A stretch of 64,000 nucleotides of DNA from Phoronis australis (Eukaryota; Animalia; Phoronida): the NCBI GenBank assembly GCA_002633005.1, contig NMRA01000024.1, positions 1,538,780-1,602,779 of the forward strand, read 5' to 3'. Numbering within the stretch: the first letter of the stretch is position 1; every line of letters starts with the position of its first letter. Of the stretch, positions 1 to 12,900 are shown in pieces. The position numbers and the translations under genes are program-made. The notes below the pieces were generated by a model. It had not been told where the DNA came from. It saw only the letters and a program-made list of their open reading frames with translations, and made no database searches.

Positions 1-853
1 TTCTCAACGATGATGTCAATAGGCCAGTCTACTGTGATTCGTCGAGAGAATAAAAGGGGTTTCTGATGGGGGCACATAATATGTGGGGCACAAAATGCGT
101 AGTAATTAGTTAGTGGTTGTGTGAAATAAACCAAAACAAAGATATGCTGCACATAAGTACATGTATTTAACATATCTAAAAGGCAGTTGGCTCATTTTGT
201 GGGGACTTTAAGTTCTATTCACATTCCAGTCTCACTAGGGGGCTTAGGTCAAGGATAGAGTGACTCTATTCATTAGGTCACAAAGTGAGGGTAATAATTA
301 CTATTTCTTATTGGATGACATCTCAATAGAAGAATTGAAAGCATCCAAGCTCTGTTTTTAGTTCCATTTTCTTTTTGAGTCAAGGAAACTGATGAAAACC
401 ACAAAATCAGAATAATGGAGTAAAAATTAGGACCACGTGGGTTCTTGAGTTTTAAAAATTGGTCCGCTTATAAATATAAATATATAATAAATATTTTGTC
501 AACAAAAACCCAAGCCTTGAGCTTGGAAAGTAGCTTCAAACATGGTTTTATCAGCTATTTATACGCATCACTGGCTCGCAACAGAAGCTGGGTCTGAAAG
601 ACTATGGATAAAACTCTTGTCCTGCTGGAGGATTCTGGTTCAAACGGAATGTTGAGGACATGCCTAGTGAGAAACAGATCTCTTAACTTTAAAGGAACGC
701 GTGAACAACATTTTTTGCAAGTTCAGTTCATGGTCAAAATCGATTGGCATGAAACTCTGGATAATACTGTAACAGCACTTGCCACAGGCAGTAGTTCAGC
801 AAATTCCAACAAAAATAATCTCACTCATGAAGTAATGGGTTTTGATAACTCAC

Positions 854-969
854 TTTTCCATTGATTCTCGGAAGTACAGAAGGGCAAACTCCATCATGGA
901 GTATTTCCCATCAGGCAACATGGTTCCTGTCTGACTGACTTGGTCACTTTGGCTATCGCTGTGACCATT
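854..969 (-). CDS. MYO15A: MYO15 exon 41: [26 protein letters not shown]
   Basis: YxMxEFAxxYFR motif preceding the second MyTH4. Confidence 0.9.
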
Positions 970-3900
970 CTGAAACAGAAAGTGGGTTCACCCATACATT
1001 AATGCACTAAAAACTAAAGCTCAGGAGAAAATGAAAATATAGGAAAGTGGGATATCATTCCGTTCAAATTATTTCACTCCGTTCAAATTATTTCACTCCG
1101 TTCAAATTATTTCACTCCGTTCAAATTATTTCACTCCGTTCAAATTATTTCACTCCGTTCAAATTATTTCACTCCGTTCAAATTATTTCACTCCGTTCAA
1201 ATTATTTCACTCCGTTCAAATTAATCATTTCAAGGCAATTAGCTGAACAGTACTACACAGCTGCCAACTCAACCATTCGATAAAATTCTGACCATATACA
1301 ACAACACACTAACCCTTGGAAAATAGCAATCTCATGACTGTTTTACTTAGAATTCGTGATTGTTACCATACATACCATGCACTAATGTACGAATGATGAC
1401 TGTGAACAGGGAAAGGTGTGATTTTGAAACATGACTCAATTTCACTCTGAAAAAATGGCGTTTTCTATTCCTTCAGTGTTTTCACCCACATCGACAAAAC
1501 ACCACATTCAAAAACAGAGGATGAATTTTTTACAGCCCAGGGTTGCACGCTGTCCCCTTGTTTGAAGGATAGGACATGCAGAATCTATCACCATGTGCGT
1601 GCAACAAACGAAGTATAAATTTGGAATGTTTGTTATAGCCTAGCAAAAAGAAAAATGCACGTCTGTACATGCCCCTCCTTTAGGGACACAGTAGGAGCAC
1701 AACCACCAAACACAAACCTGATGTTTATCCATAACAACACTCCCGTAATACTTTGTAACACACAACTTAATAACAACTAGCATGCATCTGACCATGGGGG
1801 ATTATAGTCTACCCCGTAACTATTAAAAAGACCACTTAAGCAGTCTCACTACAATATTGATTATTTTAATTCATGAAATGTTTATAATGTGGTCTCAGGG
1901 ATTAACACATCACATCTGAAGTCTAGTCACAATAACTTGAACGTTGATGTCAGGAGGAGTACATAAAAACTTGTGGCAGTAAGAGGCATAGGTTATTGCC
2001 TAGGTTATCGCCTAGGTAACACCATTATTTCCGTTGATGACTAAATTTGACAGGAATACCTGCTAATCACACCAGTTCTACCTTCTTTGTTACTAAAGCA
2101 GCTGTAGACCAGCACAATGTCCATAAAAAGGCTCTTTCATGTTCACTTAACTTCAGTATGGGAAAAGTGCTGAATCAGATGTAAATCGGCAAGGGTCTTC
2201 ATCAAAAGTAAGATTTTCTGGCAGAAGATGGGTTTATTATCGCTTAAATATGAGCTGTCTGTAAAACTCAACATATATGGAATCAGAAATCCATTTGCAT
2301 GTTGTGTTATACTGAAATCAACTTTTTATTAAATATGCAGAGATCAAAAACACAAAATTTTAATTACGATCTGAACCTCTGCCCTTTCTAATTTGACCTT
2401 AAAAGTTTAACCTTAGAGTGCACACAGAAATAATAAATTACTTGGCAAAATGCCAGGTATTTGATAATCCCTACTGCATTCCACAATGAACAGCAAATGT
2501 TGCATGCTGCGTACATACCAGATTATTAATCTCAATGACCTACAATGAATCAACGAGGTAACAGACAAGGCAACTCCAGTCAAAGAAAGTCAAACATGGT
2601 AAAGAGCTTAAGGAAACTCTTGATATAGCACATATCCCATAGAAAAGACAAACAAACAAGCCCATGTAAAGATATGAACTACTCAATTTTTGACAATTCT
2701 GGCACACACAATATTAAAATTAACCGTACGACAGTGTAAAAGTCGAAGTTATGACTGTCTACGCTAAGACCAGGCGTAAAACGAGTTCCATCTGTCTATG
2801 ACTACTAGACAGTGGTCAACACACCGGAAGTTCTAAACCAGTAAGGACACTGTCATAGCTAGTACCAAAAAGTATATCATGGCTTGCACTGATCTTGTAT
2901 TTTCAATATCCACAACTATTTTTCCAGCATAAAGTTGACTCACAATTTTGTCTAATGACTCAATGACCAAACCCCACTGAGCGTATAAACTCCCGATGTC
3001 TTTCCTAATATCATTAATTTGAACTCCGGTAACCGCTTTCATAAATTTTATACGAATTGAAACTATTTTGGTTGTTTTATATGTTTTCATTTTTTCACAA
3101 TGAATAGAAACCACGCTTAAAATAATATTCTTCAATGAAAATTTCTGAAATAACCACTTACAGATTGTTCGACATCAGCGGCATGCTGAAGGGGTGGGGG
3201 TCTCTACAGAAACAACACAAAAATTGGTGTGAAACAATAACGTCAAAACAAAAACACCAGCACAAAGCAAGCAAAGCAGTTAACCATAACTTATAAAAAA
3301 TAAAATCTTTCAAGCAAGACAACTAAAATTGGAGACAGAGATATGTATCAACATTCTTGACAACTTGGGAAAATTCGATTGAATATTTTGGGTCATATAA
3401 GATTACGGAGAACAAGGACAAAAATAACGCATTTAATGGATGTCTCAGCAGGTTATCAAGTATGCTTAAGAGTAACTTAAACACTAGCTTAGTTAAAGGA
3501 AAGTAAACAGAACAAAATCTTGATATCATTGCTGTGAAATAACAAATAACAAATAAGGTCAGTGTCTTCAACAAGTTGAAGTGTGAGTTGTAGGAAGATA
3601 ATACTGTCGAAGACAATATTCAATTTCAATTAGCCAAATGCAAATTCTCAAAATTCCAAAAAAGAAATAATCACTTACATACTGAGGGACCTCATTTACA
3701 GGGGGAGGCGGTGCCTGCTTCTAGAAAATCAAGTAAAAAGTAAATGTACTTGGCGAAATCATACCAATAAACAAGTAGTTAAAAAGTAATGAAAATTGTG
3801 AACTGCAAATCATAAAGATTTAACAAAATAACAAGAAAAAAACAGAGAAAGTAACTAAACAGTACAAAAACTGAAACCATCTCCTTTTAGATAAGTGAAT

Positions 3901-6900
3901 TGCAGATAATTGTAGTCACAGCTTTGATACTGCCATTTTCTTAATATGTACTGCACCAAAACCAAAGAAGCGCCCTCTACATTCAGAACCAGTATTGACT
4001 GAGGTCACACTATTATTGACTGACCTTTTGACTTCTCCTCAACTCCACCTTGCTCAGTTTTATCACATATTCCTCTGGGAACATGCCAGCTCGGCCATGC
4101 AGGGAACCAAACAGCCAGCCTGAAACAAAACAGTTTACAATACATCTGCCTGCTGCAGGAGTTTTGGTATTTCAATTAATGTAAAACATCAAGTTTTAAA
4201 TTTAAATCATACCATACAAAACTACCTTAACTTGTACTTGTCATTCAAATTAGAAGTCATTTGTTATTTGAGGGCTTCAGGTATAAATCTTAGCTGCTGA
4301 AAACAGAGCAACTAGTTGGACTATGTAGATTGCCATTTGTCAACTAAAAGCAATTTGACTGTTCATTGAATGGGAACAGACGTACTGACTGTGCGTCCCA
4401 ACACAAGATGGAGTTACTGGTACTTGTTAAGCAGCTTTCAATTGACAGAATCTCAGAAGAAAAAATTCTACAATTACTTTTTCATCTTTCATTGTTGCGA
4501 AAGTCCACTGTTCTCAAAACATTTTCTGTTTGTAGCTACATGGCATGTATCTTTTACAAAAAAACAAGAAAAAATGAAACACGTTAACCAAATTTGTGTC
4601 CTAATTTATTGAGATTATACTACAGTACCTCTATCCATCTTCATGTCCTTGCTAGCCAGCTTAATCAAGTCTCCCTTTCTGAAGGAAAGCAGCGTGGACT
4701 CATGCGTGATGTAGTTCTTGACCGCTTTGACATACATACTGTCACGGTCAGCCTCGATACAGAAGGCGTCCACAAGATTTTTTATTTGCTTAGCCTAGAA
4801 AAAGAAAACTTATAAAGAGAAGCCGGAATTTTAAATTAAAGAGCCTTGCTCAGTTGGTGCTGAAGTCTACAGCTTAGAATATGTGAGCAAGATCAATGTC
4901 CCATATGTCATCACCAACAGCATCTTTTACAAGGTAAACTTGAACTTCACCATTGACATGCACTCACCCTATGAATCACACACAGTGAAGATACAAGTGA
5001 ATTGAGCTGTTTGGTACATTCCCATTACCTGTAGTAATGTAGCAATGCAGCAAACTTGGTAATAGTCTACACCATTACACTCCGAAGACGACATTCACGG
5101 TATCAATACCCTACATAAAACATTCACAGCACAATTACACATTATAAGACATCCACGACACCATTACACAATATAAGACAGTCAGGGTACCGTGGCTTAC
5201 CCTCGGTGTGTAGGCGGTCATCCACTCCCCGTTCAGGTTGATCTGGACAGCATTATCCTTGGGAAGCAGGACTTCCAGCACATCAGCGTATCTAATGAAA
5301 TAATGAGTAGAACGATCAATTGTAAAGGAAAATGTTGCCGAATATGTGACATCCACTTGAATGGCTTCTCAGTCTGCGCTATGTGATATGTAACATTTTT
5401 AAGAAATAATTCTGTAGCTGTGCTTCACCGTTTACTGCCTTCAGCCAAAAAATTCATTTCACATTATAAATGACTTTTCCTGAACAATGCCTTACTTGCA
5501 ATAGTCGAGAATCTCCAGCCTGTCCTCCACCAGATCTTTCTGTCGATGCAGCAGACGTATTCCAGAATGGCCGATGCTCAGATAATGGAGCTGTGGATTA
5601 CGACGACCACCCTGCAGACAAGAACGAAAACAACTTCTAGAACACTACCAAATAAAACATACATGGACTTTTACCATTACTCCCACAGTGACAGTGTTTC
5701 CCAGGCCTAATATTGTCCATGGATTGCTTGCATGGATTATTCCATGAGTCAATCATAGTACATATTTTCTCAAACAGAGAAATTAATCTTTGGGTCGTCA
5801 CACCAAAATGAAGGTAGTTCTCAATCGTTCTTGAAAACAGGAAAACATATTGGGCCTGAAGTGCTAACAAGTCCCCATTGCGGCTTGTTGGTATTTTGGG
5901 TATGGGTGCAATTCAAGGGTGTCATTCACACACAATAGGCCTTTTGAAATTGACAAGCAAGTTCTGAGAAAAGAGTTCTTCATGAACCCTAAACTCAGTC
6001 ATACAAATGTCCCGGGTGGACTGTGCAAGTAAGCACAGTTTAACAAAGAGTAAATATAGTTCTGGTTGAGATATACCATTTTATTTCCCAACCAAGAATA
6101 AAAAGACGAGAGGAATAGGAACATACGAAGCAATACACAATCTGCATAGGAGCACCACAGTGTTGCATTTGATGTACTTTTTTACCCAAATTGCCCGCCT
6201 CCATTAATCCCTAGCCAGTTTCATCAAGTCAGGGTAGTACGATCTTGGACCAAGTTTGGTGTGACATAGCCAGCACCAGAGTTTACAATCAAACAGATAA
6301 ATTGTCACAGCTCATTCTACATCAACAAGACACTTGATGTATCAAAGGTTGACACATCAGTTTTAGATGCGCTTGTCTAATCACAATCACCAATGCAACG
6401 CTTTTTTTCAACGAAGACATGATGTGATCATAAATCATTCAACACTAAGGAGCATCTTGACAAACTATGATAATATGCTAATTTAAGAAATTCAATATGG
6501 GACAAATTTAAGTAAAATTGTCTTTCAATTTTTAAGGATCGAAAAAGGTGTTGCTAGGTTTCGCCGTCACCGAACAACATTTAATGACAGTTGGGTCAAA
6601 CAAATCAGGAAGATTTTCGAAAAACTCGCATTTTATTAGAAATTTTACAAAAAAATAAAACGAAATTTCCCAAAAACTGATACATAGTTAGAAGATTAAT
6701 TACAAAACAAAATTTTCTAAAAACGCACATTTGATTAGAAACTTTACAAAATAGAATTTCTCAAAAACTCGCATTTGACAAGTAGAAACCTACAAAAAAT
6801 AAAATAATTTTTCAAAAAAACTCATATTTGGTTAGAAATTTTACAAATGAAATTTTATAAAGGATCATAATCATTTTATAAAAATATTATTTTAATTTTT

Positions 6901-9900
6901 CTAAAAAGTTTATTTGGTTAGAAACTTTACAAATTAAATAAAAGTTTCGTTTCTATGCCATATTGTGTCCCGAACAGAAAAAAAATTACAGTACATAAGC
7001 TAGAGATGACATCAGAAATACAAAATGCAACTCTATTCATTCATAAAACACACCCTGACAAACCCATGAAAAACCGTTCCATACACGTCATGTGGAGACA
7101 ACTCACATAAACAGGAAAGAGTCGGGAGAAGTAGATGGGCCACTCTCTGGCCATCTCCACCACGTTCTTCTTCACCTGGTGCCTGTGCTCCTTTGTCAGG
7201 AGGTTCTGTAAAGTTATGCCATTGTTTTCTGAAACAAAATGATGGCATCTCATTAAGACTGCTAACCATACAAGTCAAATTTGAGCAGAATCACTGGCAA
7301 GCGAGCAGAGGGGTCAAAAATTAAATTTAAGACGCCAACAATAACTGTTCGTAGCAAGATATTATAATGAATTGTGGAACAACACTGACATGCAAAATAC
7401 TCTTGCCTCATTCTTTTAACGCCAAGCAGCACTTATATGGTAAAAATTCTCCAATTTAGGACAGCATCTAAAATTTGAGACTCTGAAATTCAAGTCAAAA
7501 TTTTTCACGATTCTGAAGACTGGGACATGTGTAATTTTGACGATTGTTGTGTTACTCAAATATCGAACACTGCAGTTTGTATCAACAGAATTTGAGATAA
7601 AATCGTCATAAACACATGCAAATTAAAAGCAAAATTGGCCTTTCTCATAATTCCTGAACTTGAAACAGCCAATATTGCTTACTTCTAAAATTTTGTAATT
7701 AATAAATATCTAACTTTAAGCAAAATAATTAATTTTTCATTGTCCCAAACAGGAGAATTTTTACTGTAACTACTGTAACAGTAATAGTGATGGCCTGTAG
7801 AGGTGTCATAGAAAATTGAAAAAATGACTGGATGAAACTTTGAAAAGCAACATAATTCACAGGTACTTTGTAAAAAGAAACATTTCAGCTGTATTTAGCA
7901 ACCAGTGACAACAATGTCCCAGGCCACAGGCACAACCAACAGTTAGATAAGTTACCTAGCAACGATTTCATCCTGATTCTGTCATCTTTGTGTATTCTGA
8001 GATTGAAGTTCTCGAAGACATCGGTGACCACCTGGCAGAAAATGAGATGTACAACCAAGTTGTTCTCCAGCCTTTCACCAGGTGTAAATACCTGTAACGA
8101 GGAAAGTGATTGGTCATAATAACAAGATTGAATGGTCGTAGTTTGTTAGTAATAAGGAATCAAATTGAAATTGTATACAATTCTGTACGGAAAACAATAG
8201 CTTGAACATTGAGTCTTTATTCAATTCAAAGGCAATTAATATAAATAATTACTACATGAAGCTAAATAAAAGTTTTCATATTTAAGAATGCCGCGCTAAC
8301 CTCCTTGCGGACATTGAGAGTCCAAGGCACATTACTGTATGTATAGAATGGTCCTCCAAATGCCGGGAACAACACTGTCTTGATTCGTTCCAGATGACCG
8401 TGGTCAATAACAATGGGCACCTCGTCCTCACTCTCATCAGAGAGCATACCGTGGTCAACTACATCCACTACATTAAAATACAAGCCAAAATTGTTTTAAT
8501 AAGGAGTTATTAACATACATGTTATATTCGAGGAGTTTATTAATATTCACTACAACATAATATAATGTTATAATAGGACTTTATTAACATTTGTTACATA
8601 ATAATACATGTTATGTTAGGAGTTTGTTAACATCCACTACAACATAAAACGTGTTATACAGAGGAGCTTATTAACATGCATAACAGAATATACTGCACAT
8701 GCCATATTAAGAGTATTTTTACCATCTAATGTAACATCATATTATCTTAGACAAATAAACTAACATCTGTTACCACCTAACACCATATACTAATTGATAT
8801 CAACCTTTTCCTTACTAAGATAGGAAGTGATTTCTAGGTTTGCAATGAAGTGACAGTTTGTAATTCCTTACAATCATAGTCGACACATAACGTGTCACAA
8901 ATCAACTAGCAAAGCTTAAGTTCAGGCAACAGCAAACAGTCGGCTGTGTTTTGAAGTCCTGATACCACCCCCAACTGGACCGTTTAACAATCTGGAGAAC
9001 ATTTTCATAATTATGGCAAATGCTTGTAATCAAAATTTGATTTCTTTGATGAAAGGTAAACGGCAGACTTAAATGTTGACCTATATCTGAATCAGTTAAA
9101 GTGGCTAAGTATAAACAAGGTTCTTGTGACCAAAACAACTTTTAAGTTTCCAAGCATACTAATTCTTCCAAAACAGCACTATTGGCTTGTTGTTAAATGT
9201 TACAATTACAATTAGCAACAATTTGCCTAGACAAATCCACCATGCCACAATCTTAAACTTTCCAAGCCTGTGCTGAAACGTTCATGCCATATGCATAACC
9301 TGCAACTTAATAAGACTAGTCTGGAAATATAACGAAGTGACGGTTCTTCCAGAGTCCACAGACCACTCCTAAACTAAGCAAGGAATCAAATGAGGGCATT
9401 TTTATAACGGTTGGTGGCCAAAATCAAAAGTTGGCTTTTCACAGAAATAATGGATTCTGGGGCTTTAACCTTGGTCAGTAACCATGATGGTTGATAGAAT
9501 GGGAATAGAAAGGGCCGTCACAATAACTCTTGAAGGAAAAACACAGCACGTGCTCACAGACTCAATTTTGTTAGTGTACCCCAAGCTTCATCCCTTATGT
9601 TGGTGGCACTGAGTTTGCATTGGTCCATCGCACTAACGCTGCCCACGGTCACTTGAATGACTGGATTATTTCACCGGACAGAAAAGCCCGAAGACACAAT
9701 GCTTAGCTTTTAGCATTATGAAGATGACTCATATAGACATTGCAGGCTTACTAAAACCAATTTGAGGTGGTGATGTAGTATTCATCATCAACCCATTCAT
9801 ACCAACCTAAATGAATATGAAAGACTTAAGTAATAATGATATCGCATAACAACAGTTGATTTTCATATTAATTTAATTTGCTTTGAAGGACACGACTTAC

Positions 9901-12900
9901 CAGTTTCTGTCTGCACTATCTCAGAGTGCATGGAGGTGTGTCTGGTCTTTTCTGTTTGAACAGCATGTTCTGTGAGTGGCACTAGTGGGGGCGGAGCCAC
10001 TGGCGGAGGTGGAGGGGGTGGAGCCACTAGTGGTGGCGGAGGGGGTTGAGTCAATGGTGGAGGGGGTGGTGGCGGCGGCTGCTTGCTGAATTGTGGAGGT
10101 GGAGATTTCTTTGGTGGAGACGGTGGTTTTGGTGCTGCAGAAGAAAAGAGTGAAAACAATATACAGATTAATATATACCACTGGTGGTGTCTTCATTAAT
10201 GGCTACAATGGGTAGACCAGTTGTCATCGTGAGACTGCACAAAAACAATAAGGCATGGGGCCAGCTCCAACAAAATTGGTTTGGCTAAAACAAATATTAA
10301 TTTTCATCAAATTTTAAGATAAATTTTTGATAGAAATATTGTCTAAATTTTGACTATCTTGCTGGATGAGGAAGTTTCAAAGTTTTGAAGTGAAGACAAA
10401 TCTTTTAGGCTACTAAAAATCAATTCCCAAATGTCTATTTTATTTCAACAAAATTTCAATAACAAATGAGTGAAAAACGCAGACGTTGCACACCAGCACA
10501 GGTTAATAACGTGTCACGTTGTACATTATCTTTTTTCAAATGCATAATGTATTACGGATCAGAACAAAACAAATCAAAAATAAATATTTTTCGAGGCACG
10601 ACCACACTTCTAGAAGACAACAATTATGTCAAGCACTTCAAAACTCCTGAACAACAGAAACGTGCAATACAAAACTTATAATCAAAACAGCAGCACATCA
10701 TGTACATACTTACCAACATAATTAGAGGGATACCTTGTGACAACCATCCTCCCTTGAAGAATGAAATAACGGTTCAATTTAAAAGCCGCTTTGGTACACA
10801 CCTTATCTTTCGAGCCTCTTTCAGGCACAAGATTCACTTTGCCAAACCCATACCTAATTTCTCTCACCAAAGAATATTAAGCTAGAATACACATGCAAGA
10901 TAGTGTCATGTGCAATACTGCCAAATCTTAACTATAAGTCTATTATCATGATAATGATGTTCGGATTGCTCACCAGCTGGGCTTGAACTCATTGATTCCA
11001 CTTTACTCTTCATGTGGGACTCAAGTACACTGAGTCGCTTCATGTCAAGTTTCTTGGGGACAACTTTATCCTATTATAAGAGAAGAAAGCGTGTACCAGT
11101 TTATCTGAACTATCAGTCAAACAGAAGAAACCTACAAAACAGCACCTAGATCTAAAACAGCATGTTACAACGAAGCCACTGTCCTAAAAGGAATACAGTC
11201 TATCCAATGCTATGTAATATGTCACTGTACTTCTTTACAAGTCCTAAAAAGACAAGACCTAATCAACAAGCAAGAAAGAATTACGTAGATGCCATGTGCT
11301 GGTCACATCACATGACCAAATTGACCAGTCTAAAAAGATCTCTTTCTGTTATCCGTACACCTGCAGCCGGGAGAGATCTTGTCGGACTTAAAATAGGTCA
11401 AATGATGTGACCAATGTCTAGCTCGTAAGAAGACTTAGATTCTTATTCATACCTCGAAAATCAATAAGTAAATCAATAAAATAACACATTTCACAAAGAA
11501 ATACTTAATTTACCAAAACCACGTACCGCAGATGATAAAGCAGATGCGTCTACAGCAGGTGATGCAGAAGATTTTTCTTCACCTCCGTCGTCAAGGAGAT
11601 TTTCCTGACTTCTACGTCGAATCAACTGAACAGTCATATCGTGAAGTTCCCGTGGGGTTTTACTCCTAAAAAAAATATTTTCTGAAATTACATGTCAAGA
11701 CTAGTGTGATAGGTCCTTGCTTTCTTCATTCGAGGTCGTGGGTTCGAGTCCTACTGTGTCACACTGCAAAACCCTCGAGTCAGGTTTCTAGCTCCTAAGC
11801 TCAATTTTAACTATATATTAAGAAAGCATAAACTTATTCCAGGTGATCAGCGCAATGGGCCCAAATGCACAGCATGCGCATGTCTGGTACAAGGTGTATC
11901 AGACCGCATGCAATTACTTTTTCAAATGACACTTTCCTGATCTCCAGATGTCAGTGGTGAGTTCTTGACCAAAGCACACCGGGATTTAAAAACATTACCA
12001 TGGTCATCAGATCTTGAAATTTTGCCAAATGCGTGCACGTGTCATTTTCTAATTTGCAATTTTATTTTAGGTGTGCCACAATAAACTCTGAAGCCTCTTC
12101 TTAACTGAAGGTCTCGATGTTGTGGTTCGTAATGGTGTATAACCATATCATGATTATTAAAAAAATGCAAGACTCCTTTTACGAGAGTAAAAAGCCTAAT
12201 TTGACTTTCCTTTTCTAGCCAAGTAAACAGGCAAAATACAGCTGGCTGTAAATTCACAGCAATGATGCAGTGCTCTCAGAAGTAATAGTCTAAAACTTTG
12301 AAACTTAATGGTCCTGTAGAATTTGTATTGTATCGTATCTTAACAAGACTCTGCCTTTTATAATCTTAGTACAGAGGGATGACTGAAGCATATTTCTCAC
12401 GCATAATAATACCAGTTTCAGCACAGCACCTGTACTTAAAAGGAGATGCTATAGAGAGTGTTAGAGAGAGAACACTCTCAGGCAACAACACGTATATTTT
12501 AAGTATTACTCATAAAAAAATCAACAGGAATTGTATGGAATGCAACTTTTCATACTTCTTCCACACACACACTGAAATTACTTCTCTTCCTCAGGGCAGC
12601 AACAAACATGGCCGTTCCGTCCAGAATCTAAGTTTTGATTTAGGCCACCTACCACTATAAAATTGGTGTCAACTTCACAAAATGAGTAGACACATTGAGT
12701 GAACGAGATAACTTTCTGCACAGAAAAAAATTATCGTAGTTCGTTATACCTAGAGACTATACTGAGCACATGAAAATGACATGACGTGACAAGCCAACTT
12801 GTAGCGCCAGGTCTCAAGAACTAACGACCTGTCACTTTTTTCCAAGCCCTTAAATCAACTCCAGTTTGACTAAAGAGCAATTTGACAACAATTTCATAAT

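Noticed and set aside
1-62. Further myosin exon (KPLLFSRRITVDWPIDIIVE)
   Set aside because: The phase-2 frame required by exon 41 hits a stop, the acceptor is poor, and the peptide does not match the expected MyTH4.
1060-1222. CRISPR-like array or repetitive ORF 1047-1283
   Set aside because: Contiguous identical units with no spacers, no cas genes, and a eukaryotic intron context.
11699-11757. Functional tRNA gene
   Set aside because: Only the T-arm/B-box is recognisable; no acceptor stem or anticodon arm.
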